A DNA stretch of 64,000 nucleotides from Cyanophora paradoxa CCMP329 (Eukaryota; Plantae; Glaucophyta): the NCBI GenBank assembly GCA_004431415.1, contig QPMI01000298.1, positions 10,358 to 74,357 on the forward strand. Reading direction: 5' to 3'. The notes beneath the pieces were generated by a model. The model made no database searches. It saw nothing but the letters and a program-made list of their open reading frames with translations, and was not told where the DNA came from. The position numbers were made by a program, and so were the translations under genes. Positions 36,455 through 47,700 of the stretch are shown in pieces. Each line of letters opens with the position of its first letter. Position 1 is the stretch's first letter.

Positions 36455-38289
36455 TCAGGGGCGGCGTGCTGGTGCTCGGGGCGGGGCTCGAGGGCGGCGC
36501 GGAGGGCGCGCACGACGGCCGCCACGTCCACCGCCATCCCCGCGCTCAGGCGGCCCGCCCCGCCACCCCACCGCCACGTACCCCGCCCCAGCCCCGCCAG
36601 CAGGCTGCCCCCGCGCGTCAGACGCGCGCGCGGGGGCGGCGGCCGGGGCGGGCCTGTAGTGGGAGGGGATGGGCTCGCGGGCGGGGAGGAACTCGATGAA
36701 GGGGGCGTGGAGCGGGGCGAGGGCGGCGTTCGTGTTCCCCGCGCCGTGCGGGCCGAGCACCGCCCGCGCCGACCGGAAGAGCGCCAGCTGCGCGGCAAAG
36801 TCCTCCCCGCCCGCCTCGAACTCGACGAAGCGCTCCCGGGGGAAGGCCGCCCGCAGCGCCCCCATCAGCTCCCCGTGGTTCACCAGCACCCGCGCCCCCG
36901 CGCTCCGCCGCGTCACCACGATCGGCGGCGGCTCGGCGGGGGCCGGGCGCGGGGCGGGGCCGGCGGCGGCGAGGAGGGCGCGGCGGAGGGCGGCGGTGCG
37001 GGCGGGGAGAGGGGCGTAGCAGGAGGCCGGGGAGGCGAAGTAGAGGCGGCGGGCGCCGTAGAGGCCGCCGGGGCGGGCGGCGACGAGGCGCTCGCGGGGG
37101 AAGCCGAGGAGGGCCAGGCTCTCGAGCTGGAAGGGGAGCCCGTCCACCAGGATCCGCACCCCGGGGTCCCCCCGCAGCACCCGCTCCGCCACCAGCAGCC
37201 GCGGCAGCGCCTGCGCCAGCCAGTGGTAGTACGCCCCGCTGTACCTGCCCCGCCCCGTCGGGCGCCGCGCGGCTGGCGGGGGCGGGGGCGGGGCGGACCG
37301 CTGGACGAGGACGAAGAGCTTGTCGAAGTAGCGGTACTCGCTGAACGAGCCGCCCGCCTCCCCGCAGCACCCGCAGTCCTCGTACACCACCCTGCACCGC
37401 CCCTCGCCGGGGCGCCCCTCGCCGGGGCGGGGCGGGGCGGGGCGGGGACCGGCGGCCGGCGCAGTCGGCGAAGCCGTCGTCGTACTGGAAGAAGCCGCCG
37501 GGGAGCACCGCCACGTACGCGGGGTTCGACACGTTCAGGCACAGCTGCGCCCCCGCCCCCGCCGCCGGGACGCGCCCCGCGGCGCCCGCCTCCCCGACCT
37601 CCGCCGGCACGAAGCGCTGCTTGAACCAGTCCGGCATCATCGAGTCGTAGAGGTCGCGCCCCTCGGCGTCCCGGGGCCGCTCCAGCCGCACCCGCCCGTC
37701 ACAGGGCGCGTGGTCCAGCGCCGGCTCGCGGTGGATCTCCACCCCAGGCTCCCGCATCAGATCTTCGAGACTCACGTCCCGCAGCTCCCGCGAGAGCAGC
37801 ATGCTGATGCGGTCCGCCGTGTGCAGGCCGCGCAGCAGCTCAGGGTCCCCATCGAGCGCGCACGGGACGGTGTCGCTGTACACCTCGGGCAGGCTGAGGA
37901 GACCCGCGGAAGACGCGCCGAGGTGGTCATCCGGCGTATCTGCGCCGAAGCCGGCCTCGCCGAGCGCCGCAGCCAAGCCCGCGACGAGCAGGACCGCCGC
38001 GGCGAGGCGGCCGGCACTGTGCCGGCCGCCTCGCCGAGCGCCGCGCAGCTGCGTGCTTCCGATCGTGCTATTCCGGCGGGCGGGTTCGGAATTCTGACGC
38101 GAAGCGTCGGAAGCGCTCCGAAACGCCTCGGAAGCGCCGAAGCGGCTTTAGCGGGGTAGGCGAATTTAGAATCCACAGTGCATGCAACCTGGCCTTCTCG
38201 GGCCTCCTGCAGCCTGCAGTTGAAAAGAAACGGCGCAAGAGGCAAAGATAAGCCGCTAAGAGGCAGTTTTGAGCTTTGCGGGTGGACAT
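36455..38289 (-). CDS. Glycosyltransferase family 61 (DUF563) protein
   Basis: YYHWLAQALPRL; R.LVNHGEL; QLALFRSARAVLGPHGAGNTN; FIEF; N-terminal hydrophobic anchor. Start uncertain. Confidence 0.82.
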
Positions 38290-38439
38290 GTTGCTTCTGG
38301 CTTCGAAGCCCGCCCTAGGTCCAGCAGAAGCATAGCACAGCCAAAGAATTGCCGAAGTCATCAGGTCCCAGCAGACAGGAAGCCGGCTGTGATTGCCAGC
38401 GGGGCCGCGGGGCCGTCATCGCTCCCATGGCGCAGCTTC

Positions 38440-40130
38440 ATGGCGGAAACGCCTCGTTCATGCGACGGGAGCTTGCGTCAGGGGAGAGAAGCAGGAGAGA
38501 TGCGCCGCTGGCTTCCACTTCGCACAGCCAGAGAAGAATGCGGGACCTGCTCTCGGCGGACTTGCCGAGCGGGCGCACCGGCTCTCCTTTCAGGTCAGGG
38601 TCGGCCACCAGCGGCTCTGGCATCCGGCCCCGCTCGGAGTCCCACGGCAGCGGGGTGAGCGAATCCCATGTGCTCTGCTCGGGGCCTCTTCGATCGTTCA
38701 GAGAGCGGGCCCCTCGCTGTTACGGCTGACGCGTGGCGGGCAGGAGGAGCGGGGGCGGCGACCGAGCATCGCGGAGTCGAGCATGGCGGGGACGCCGTCG
38801 TGGGACGTGAGCGTGTCGGGGCGGGGGCCGATGCGTCTGCCCCGCATGGCCTCCATGCTTGCGCGGGAGGCGGACAAGGACGCGGCGGCGCTGATGGACA
38901 AGGGATGGCGGATGGCGGGGGAGGCGCAGGAGGCGGGGGAGGAGGAGCTGGCGGGGGCGATCCTGGTGGCCTTCGAGGCGGCGTGGACGGCGGTGCTGGC
39001 GGACGCCGGCCTGCTGCCCGAGGTGCAGGCCCCCGACGACGAGCCCCCCACGCCCTCCCTGCCCCCGAAGCGCACCGGCCTCGCCTCCATGTCCGCCCCC
39101 GCCCCGCCCCCGCCCCGGCGCCCCCCGGCGCCGACGGCGGGCCGCAGAGGGGAGGAGCACCCGCAGATCCTCCCCTCGCTGTGGGCCCCCAAGTCGACGC
39201 GCCGGCAGCCGATCTTCGGGCTCTCGGACCAGGAGCGGGAGCTCTTCAAGTGGGAGCAGGAGGCGTACAAGATGTTCATCGCCCGCGACCGCGCCGGCCG
39301 CCTCGCCACCCCCTGGGTCGACTTCGACAAGAAGATCGTCCGCAAGGCGCGTCCCCCCGCCCCGCCGCTCCCCTTGCGGGGGGCCGCTGCTTAGGGGCGG
39401 GGGCAGCTGCGGGCGCACGCGCTGCTGCCGGAGGCGGCGTCGCCGGCGCTGGCGCGCAAGAACTCCATCAACTTCGCCTCCCCCGGCGGCGCCGGCTCCG
39501 ACGCCGACGGCGAGGGCCCGCCCCTGCGCCACTCCTCGTCGGGCCTCCTCCCCGCCCTCCCCGGCGGGCCCCGCAAGCCGGCCCTCTCCAACTCCCGCTC
39601 CGTCCCGGGCCTCCCGCCCCCCTCCTCCTGGTTCCTGCCCCGCGTGCGCCCCGCCCCCGCCCGCCCCGCCCCACCGGCCCGCCCCGCCCCGCCCTCTCCG
39701 ACGCCAGGTCCGCAGGAGGAAGAGGAGGCGGGGGCGGGGAAGGCGTCGCTGCCGCCGCTGGGGGGGCCGGCGGGGGCGGGGAAGACGGGGCGGGGGATCG
39801 AGCTGGGGGGCTGGATGGCGCAGTTCGACGTGAACGGGGACGGGATCATCAGCGAGGCCGAGTTCGAGATGGCGATGGCGGCGCGGCGCGGGACGCACCG
39901 CAAGAGCACGGCCGGCGGCACCCGCGCCTCCCAGGCCGGCCACCGCCCCAAGCCCCGCCAGCTCACCGTCCGCCCTCCCCCCGCCCCGCCCCGCCCCGCC
40001 CCCCGCGCCGCCCTTTAAGCCTGGGGAGCAGAGGATGGCCGTGCGGTCGGGCGCCGGCTGCACCTTCGTCAAGAAGCTCGTCCAGCCGGCATCCCAGCCC
40101 GTCTACAACAGCGTCCTCATCCGCCAGTGA
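38440..40130 (+). CDS. Hypothetical protein with one EF-hand motif (start uncertain)
   Basis: FDVNGDGIISEAEF loop; multi-exon structure ending TGA at 40128-40130. Confidence 0.55.
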
Positions 40131-40467
40131 GGGGCGGCGGCGTCGCCCCGCGCCCCCGCCCCCAGTTTAACATACCCTTGCGAGTCTTATCTATATTTAA
40201 GTAGCTGCAGGGGCCCCCAGGTAGCTTAAAGTACGTAGCTAGATAATTGACTCTAACATATGAAGAATGAGAGAGATATCGATAATCGTGTCCGCGGGGC
40301 GATGAGGGTGCGAAGGTTCAACGGTTTCGACTCTCGATTTGTGAAGTTCGATTTGGTTTGATTTTCAGTTTGCAAGGCTTTTGCAGTGCGCGCGGTGCCG
40401 GAAGCTAGAAGTTTAAATCTGTAGCGTGGTACTGCACTCGAGCTCCCCGCCAGTGAGTAGTACGGGG

Positions 40468-43005
40468 CTACGAGGAAGCGGGCTTGGCGGCCTTGGCTGC
40501 CGGCCCCTTGGCCTTGGCTGCCGCCCCCGCCGTCGCCTTCGGGGCCGGCGTCGCCGCCGCCTTCCCCGCGGCCCCCTTGGCCTTGCCGGCCGGCGTCGCT
40601 GCCGCGGCGGCCGCGGCGGCCGCCTTCGCCTTCCCCGCCCCCGCCGCAGGGGCCGCCTGGGTTGCCTGCGTGGGCGGGGCGGGGCCGGGGCGGGCGGGCG
40701 GGGGCCGGGGCGGAGAGGCGAGCGGCCATGCGCTGGTGGAGGCCGTCGGGCAGGTCCGAGAGGTCCGACTCCGCCCCGCTCCCCGCCCCCCCCTCCTCCT
40801 CCTCCTCCTCGCTCCCCTCCTCCGCCTTCGCCGCCGCCGCCGAGGAGGAGGTGGAGGCCCTGCGGGGCGGTCAGCGGGGGAGCGGGGGCGGCGAGCGGGG
40901 CCGGCTGGCCTCGGGCGCCCGCGCGCATGGTGGCGATGGCGGCCTGCGGGGAGCGGGTGAGGCGGGAGGGGCGGGGAGGCCTGCGGGGGGCGGGCCTTCT
41001 TGGCCGCCTCCGCCGACTCCGCGTCCGTCTCCTCCCGCTCTCCGACTCCGACCCGCCCCGCCCCGCCTTGCCCCAGCCGCCCCTTCCCCGCGGGGCCCGC
41101 CTTGCCCCGCCCCGCCCCGCCTTCGCTCCCCTGCGCGCGGCACCGTCTGCGGGGGCGCCCCGTGCGCGGCGAGGGCCCGCGCACGCTGCTGCTGCCGCCG
41201 GGCCGGCCTCGCCCGCGCCGCCGGCTTCGGCGCCTCCTCCTCCTCTTCATCCTCCTCCTCCTCGCTCGACTCCGCGGCCGCCGCGGCCGCGGGGCGGGCC
41301 GCGCCAGGTCGCCTTCTTCGCAGAGGCGGTGCGAGCGCTGCGGGGCCGTTCAGGGGCGGCGGGGAGGGATGGGGGCGGGCGGGGCTGCACGGGGGGCGGG
41401 GGCGGGGCGGGGCCTCCTCGTCGCTCGTGGCCGGCACCTCCTCGTCGTCGTCCACCGACGGCGACGCCAGCCGCCCGGCCCCGCCTTCCCCTTCCCCGAC
41501 CCCTTCCCCGCTCCCGCCGACGTCGCCGCCGCAGCCGCCGCCTTCGCGCCCGCTGCCGCCGCCCCCTTCTTCGCGGCGGCCGCCGGCGCCGCTGCGGGCG
41601 CCTCCTCGTCCTCCTCGTCCTCCTCGTCCTCATCCGACTCGGGGGCCTTGGGGGCGGGGATGAGGGCCGCGGCCCTCGCCCTGCGCGGCACTGTTGGCGG
41701 CGGCGGGGCGGGCATCGCGGGGCGCGGCGCAGCGCACGGGGCCGCCCGCAGCATCGGCTTCTTCGCAGGAGGCGCCTCCTCCCCCTCCTCTTCCTCCTCC
41801 CCCCCCTCCTCGTCTTCAGCCTCGTCCGAGGACGACTCGACCATCGGGGCGGGGGCCGGGGCGGTGGCCAAGGCCGGCGGCTTGGCGGCGGCGGCCTTGG
41901 CGGCGCGCTGCAGGGCGGCCGCCGCAGCCGCCTCCCGCGGCGTCTTCGGCGTGTTCTTCGCCGCCGCCGCCGCCGCCGCCGGCGCGGCCGGTGCCTCCTC
42001 CTCCTCCTCCTCTTCCTCGCTCGACACGTTGCCGGCGGCGGCGGCAGCGGGGTTCGCCGCCCGCGCCGCGCCGTTCGCCTTGGCCCCCGCTGCCGGTGCG
42101 GCGGGGGCAGCCGCCTTCGCCGACCCCGCCGCGCCCCGCCCTCGCTTCGCCGGCGCCGCTTCCTCCTCCTCTTCGCTCGACGCCTCTGCGTTCTTACCCT
42201 TCGGTTGTGCCGCCGCTGCCGCTGCCGCTGCCGCCGCCGCCTCCGCGGCCCGGGCCCGCTCTGCGCGCTCCGCGTTGGTCGGCCGCCCGCGCTTCTTTGT
42301 CGCCGGCGTCGCCCCCGCCGGCGCCGGCGGCGAGGGCGCGGAGATGCGGGCGGGGCCGGCGGCGGGGGTGGCGGCGGCGGGCGAGGGGGCGGCCTGGGGG
42401 GACTCCGGGGCGGGGGCGCGGGACTTGCGCTCCTTGGGCTGCCGCCGCTCCTTCTCCCTCTCCTTCTTCTGGTTGAGGATGGCCGCCGTCTGGTGCGGCT
42501 CCGCCTCCTTCAGCACGAACTGGTCCCGGTTCGAGAAGGCCGCCCTGCACCCGCCCCGCCCCCTCGGCGTTCGCCCGGCGCGCTGCCAGCGCGGCGCGCG
42601 CGTACCCGACGAGGACCGCCTGCATTAATGGGAATAGGTCGGCGCCCACTTTCAGGTAACACACGAGCTTGTTCTTCGCCGCCGGGGGCAGCTCCAGCCC
42701 GGTCGCCCACCTGCGCACGAGCGAATTCGCACACGTTGAGCGCTCAGGGCCGCATATCGGCCGCGGGGCGGCGCCCGGGGGCAAGGCAGCTACCGGTAGC
42801 ACATCCTGCGCGGAATCGCGATCAGTCGCGCGCCGAGCGCCAGGGGCGGGCTAGCGTCGAGGCTGGAGGCGAGCTGCGCACCTGCTCTTGTTAATGAGCT
42901 CCGCGACTGTCGAATTCTGCGGAACGAAGCGTCACGACAGCAACGGCCAAGGGGGGTCCATCGGTACCCGATCGCAGTTCGCAATAGTGAAACGATGCTC
43001 TCCAT
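40468..43005 (-). CDS. Low-complexity nuclear/nucleolar-type protein (alternating acidic and Ala/Lys/Pro blocks, AT-hook-like motif)
   Basis: Repeated SSEEEEE/SDEDEE blocks alternating with AAK/AKP runs, and KKRGRP. Composition resembles Nopp140/treacle; orthology not established. Confidence 0.6.
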
Positions 43006-43349
43006 ACTGCCCCAGCAGCAGCAGCTGGTCCGGCGTCGTCATCTCGAGACGAGGACGGAAAAAAAGTCAGGCGGGTACGCAGTCGAACGGGGCTCCACTC
43101 GCCGACCGAGCTACGCCGTGCTCGTACGCGCCTCAGGCGCAACGTGCGACGCCTCAGGCGCAACGTTCGACGTGCGACCTTCCCGGTCGCTGCGTTCTGA
43201 CGTGAAACGTCGCGAAGTCGAATACACATGGCGCCGGCGCGCCCCTCAGGCTCCAGCAACGCGCGCAGCGAAGCTTCGAGCCCGCAGTCGCGTTTTGCGG
43301 AGCAGACAAACCAGCTGCAGGAGATCGCAGGCAAAAAGAAAACGTCACG

Positions 43350-44609
43350 ATGGGCTCCAGCTGCAGTGCGCCGCAGGAGTCGTACTTCAGTGACCGCTGG
43401 GTGCTCGTGACGGGCGCGAGCCGAGGCCTGGGTCGCGCCCTCGCCGTCGAGCTGGCCCGCCGTGGCGCGCACCTCGCTCTCTGGGCGCGCTCGGTGCCGG
43501 AGTTGCAGGAGGCGGCGCGGGAGGTGCAGGCGGCGGCGCCGGGGTCGCACTGCGTCGTGCAGCAGGTCGACGTCGCGGTCCGCGATGAGGTGCGCGCGAG
43601 GCGAAGCCGCTGCTGCACCTCGCGCTCGCGGCCGACAATCGACGCGCGCGGGCAGGTGTACCGCGCGGCGGAGAGGCTGCAGCGGGCGGTGCGTGAGCGC
43701 GGTGGCGAGCGAGTGGAGATCGTCTTCTCCAACGCCGGCGTGGTCAGCGGGCGGCCCTTCCTCGAGACCCCCGACGAGGCCATCACCAGGTGCGCTGGCG
43801 CGCCGAGCCGCGAGGCGCCCGCCCTGCCGGCCAGCGAGCGAGCGCCGGGGCCTCGCGCAGGACGTTTGCGGTGAACGCGTTGGGGAACGTGTGGCTGGCG
43901 AAGGCGTTCCTGCCGGCGTGGCGGGAGGCCGGGGAGGGCCACCTGGTGACGGTCTCGTCGGCGGCGGGGCTCGTGGGGGTGGCCGGCCTCGCGGACTACT
44001 GCGCCTCGAAGGCGGCGGCGCTGGCCTTCAACGACGCGCTGCGGATGGAGCTCGCGGGGGCCGGCCTCCCCGGCGTGCGCGTCACCTCCGTCTGCCCCTT
44101 CTTCATCCGCACGGCCCTCTTCGCCGGCGTCGAGCAGCGCAACCCGCTCCTCCCCGTCCTCTCCGTCGACGAGGCGCGTCGCCCCGCCCAACCCCTACCC
44201 CCCCGCCCCTCTGAGGAGGGGGCGGGGGCAGGTGGTGGAGGGGACGCTGGGGGCGCTGGAGGAGGACCCGGGGGCGAGGACGGTGGCGATGCCGTGGGCG
44301 GTGAAGACGGCGCCCCTCTTCGCCCTCCTCGACCTCCTCCGCCTCCCGCGCCTCCACGCCCTCGCCTACGACTTCCTCGCCGTCGGCCACTACATGAAGG
44401 GCTTCCACGGCCGCTCCCTCCTCGCCGACACCCCGCCCCCTCCCGCCCCCGCCGCCCCCGCCCCCACCGGCGGCTTCGGGGCGCGCAAGCCCTCGGCGGG
44501 GGCCCCGCGGCGGCGCCCCTCGGGGGTGCGGCGCGTCTCCCTGGGCCCCGGGGCCCCCGGCTCCGGCGCCCGCACCGCCAGCCGCGCCCCTGCCCTCCTC
44601 GCCTGCTAG
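43350..44609 (+). CDS. Short-chain dehydrogenase/reductase (SDR16C/RDH10-like)
   Basis: VLVTGASRGLG; NAGVVSG; VSSAAG; DYCASK; VCPFFIRTALF. Confidence 0.92.
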
Positions 44610-44761
44610 CCCCTCGCCTCCCCCGCCCCCCGCCCCTCCCCCTCGCCCTCCAGCTCCCCGCCCCCCTGTTCATGTGGACCGTAGCGCTACTTCAAAAACA
44701 CTGCATGGAAAGGAAGGGGAGGAGAAAGGAAAGTGGGCGGGGGCGGGGCTAGGGGGCGGGG

Positions 44762-47700
44762 CTAGGGGGCGCCGAGCTGCTGCTTGAGAGCGGCGAGCTC
44801 CTTGCGGAGGCCCTCGACGTGCCCCTCCAGGTTCATCTTCTGCATCAGCGTCTCCTGCGCCCCGCCCCCGTCAGCTCGAGGCCCCGCCGGCCCGCTCGGG
44901 GCCGGGGGCGGGCCTGCAGGAGGAGCTCCATCTTGCGGTGGGCCTGCTCCTGCACCGACTCGGCGCCCTTGCGGCCGAAGAGGCCGGGGCCCTTGCCCGA
45001 GTTCTTCCCCGCCGCCTTGCCCATGGCGGCCTGCGGGGCGAGGTCGCCGATCTGGAGGCCCGTCTCCTCCGCCCGCTCCATGTACATCCGGATGATCGCG
45101 TCCTTCTTCTCCATCTGGCCCCGCCCCACCCCTCAGCGCCCCCAGCGCCACGCCCCGCGCCGCCCCGCGCGCCTGGCTCTGCAGCACGCTGAGCTGCGTC
45201 CGCATCGAGTCGTTCTCCACCGTCAGCTTCGCCCTGCGCGCGGGGGACGGGCGTCGGGGGCGCGAGTCGGGGGGCGGGGGCAGCGGGGCGGACATCTTGC
45301 CGGCCATCTCCTCGCGCACGCCCGGCTTCATCGCCTGCCGCCCCCCGTCAGCGGCCCGGGGCGCGGGGCGGGGCGCGGGGTCGGGGCGGGGCGCACGGGG
45401 CCCTGTGGGGTGGATGGGGCGGCGCGGGGCGGCCGCTCCTCCTCCACGGAGCGCCGCGGCGAGTCCCGCCCCGGGGCCCCCGCCCCGGGCCCCACCGGCC
45501 CCGAGCCCGAGCGGTGCACCCCGCCCCCGCTCCCCGCCGACGCCACCGCCCCCCGCTGCCCCTCGCCTCCCGCTCCCGCGCCAGCTCCCGCTGCATCTCC
45601 TTCAGCTGCCCGCCCCGCCGTCAGCGCGCCTCCTTCTGCCGGCGGCTGCGGGGAGGAGCGGGCGGGGGCGGGGCGGGGCGGACCCGCTGGGCGGCCTGGC
45701 GCTCCTTGGCGCGGGCGGCGGTCTCGGCCTCCTCGAGGCGCTCCTCGAGGCCGTGCCGCGCCGCCTCCGCCGCCTCCAGCGCCCCCGCGCCGCCCCCAGC
45801 TCCCCCTCCAGCTCCCCCGCCCGCCGCTCCGCCTCCACACGCCCCCGCTCTCCTCCCGCAGCCGGCCCTCCAGCGCCTCCCCGGCCGCGCGCGCCGCCGC
45901 CAGCTCCGCCCCGCGCGCCGCGAGCGCCTCTCGGGCCTGCGCCAGCTCGCCCCCGAGGGAGGCGGTGCGGGCCTCCAGCTCCGCCCCGCGCTTCCGCGCC
46001 GCCGCGAGCTCGCTCGTCCGCTGCACCAGCTCCTGCGAAGCGCTCAGCGGGGGCGGGTGGGGCGGGAGGGGCGAGGGCGGGGCGGGCGGACGGCGTCGCG
46101 TTTGGCGAGGGAGGAGCGGGTGGCGGCGAGCTCCGAGGCGAGCTGGCTCGCCTGCTCCCCCAGCGACCCCGTCTGCACCCCGCCCGAGGCTCAGCGACGA
46201 CGTGAGCGGGGAGGGGGCGGGGCGGACGCGGCGGCGGAGGTCGGCGATGGTGGTGTCGGCGTCGGCGGCGCGCTGGCGGCCGAGCTCGGCCTCGACGCGC
46301 GCGGCGGCGAGGTCGCCCTCGAGACCGCGCAGCACGCGCCCCGCCTCCTCCAGCTGCCGGCCCCGCTCCGCCGCCTCCGCCCCCGCCGCGTTCATCCGCG
46401 CCCGCGCCCCCTGCGCCGCCCGTGAGCGCCCCGCGGGGGCCAGCGGGGCGGGGCGCACGGAGAGGTCGGCCTCCAGGCGGCGGGCGGCGTCGGCGGCGGC
46501 GTCGCGCTCCCGCTCGAGGGCGGCGAGGCGGGCGGCCTGCTCGGCGCCCGTGGCGCGCAGCTTCTCCCGCCCCGCCCGCTCGAGCTCCGTGGAGCGCTCG
46601 AGGCGGCCCACCTCGTCCCGCAGCCGCGCCACCTCCCCCTGCCCCGCCCATGTCGGCCCCCGCCCCCGCGCCCCCGGCCCCCACCGAGCTCGACGGCGTC
46701 GGCGCACCTCGAGGGCGGCGGCCGCCTGGCGCACGCTCTCCGCAACGGCCTGCTGGGCCGAGGCCTCGGCGCGCGCCCGCCCGGCGTCCCGCTGCGCCTC
46801 CTCGCACCGCTCGTCCGCCGCCCGCAGCTCGCCCTGCGGCGGCGTCACGGTCGGCATCGGCCGGGCGCGGAGGGGCGGGTGGGGCAGCGGGGGCGGGGCG
46901 GTGCCTGGAGGGCGCCGAGGCGCTGGGAGGAGGAGCGGAGGTCGCCCTCGAGCTCGCGCACGCGGCCGCGCAGGTCCTCCGCCTCCGCCCGCGCCGCCGC
47001 CAGCTCGCCCCGCAGCCGCGCAGCCTCGCCCCGGCATGCTGGCCCTCCCCGCGCGCCCGCCCCAGCGCCGCCGCCAGCTCCCCCGCGCGCTCTCCGCCCG
47101 CGCCGCCTCCGCCCGCAGCGCCGCCGACGCCGCCAGCGCCTCCCGCAGCGCCTCCTCGAGCCGCCGCCGCGCCGCCGCCCACTCGGCCTGCCCCCGCTCC
47201 AGCGCGCCCCGCGCCGCCTCCGCCTCCGCGCGCGCCGCGGCGGCGGCAGGGCCGGCGGCGGCGAGGCCGGCCTCCGCGTCGGCGGCGCGGCCGCGGAGGG
47301 CCTCGCACTCGCGGGCGAGGCCCTCGGCGCGCCCCGCGAAGTACTCCCGCGCCCGCTCCGCCTCCCGCAGCCGCCCGGCCGCCAGCTGCGCCTCCCGCCG
47401 CGCCCCCGCCGCCTCCCTAACCGCCCCTCCGCCTCCTGCCTCCGCGTCAGGCGGCCGGCGGTTACCAGGGCGAACGCGAGCGGCGGCGCACGGCGCGGCG
47501 GGCGGCAAGGGCCTGCTCCAGCTCAGCGCGCTCGGAGGCGGTGCGGCGGGCGGCGGCGGCGGCGCGGTCCCGCTCGGCGGAGGCTGCAGCGAAGGCCGCA
47601 ACGAGCTCTGCCTGCGCCCGCTCCCACTTGGCCCGCCACTCCGTGACCTCCCGCTCGACGCCCGCAGCAGACCCCGCCGCGCCCCTCGCCGCAGCCAGCC

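Noticed and set aside
40290-40380. tRNA-like GTTC motifs
   Set aside because: No cloverleaf can be built; no tRNA, rRNA or snRNA was recognised anywhere in the window.
43128-43178. 21-bp tandem duplication in the SDR promoter (also a 12-bp one at ~30735-30763)
   Set aside because: Real but consistent with ordinary slippage; no evidence of function.
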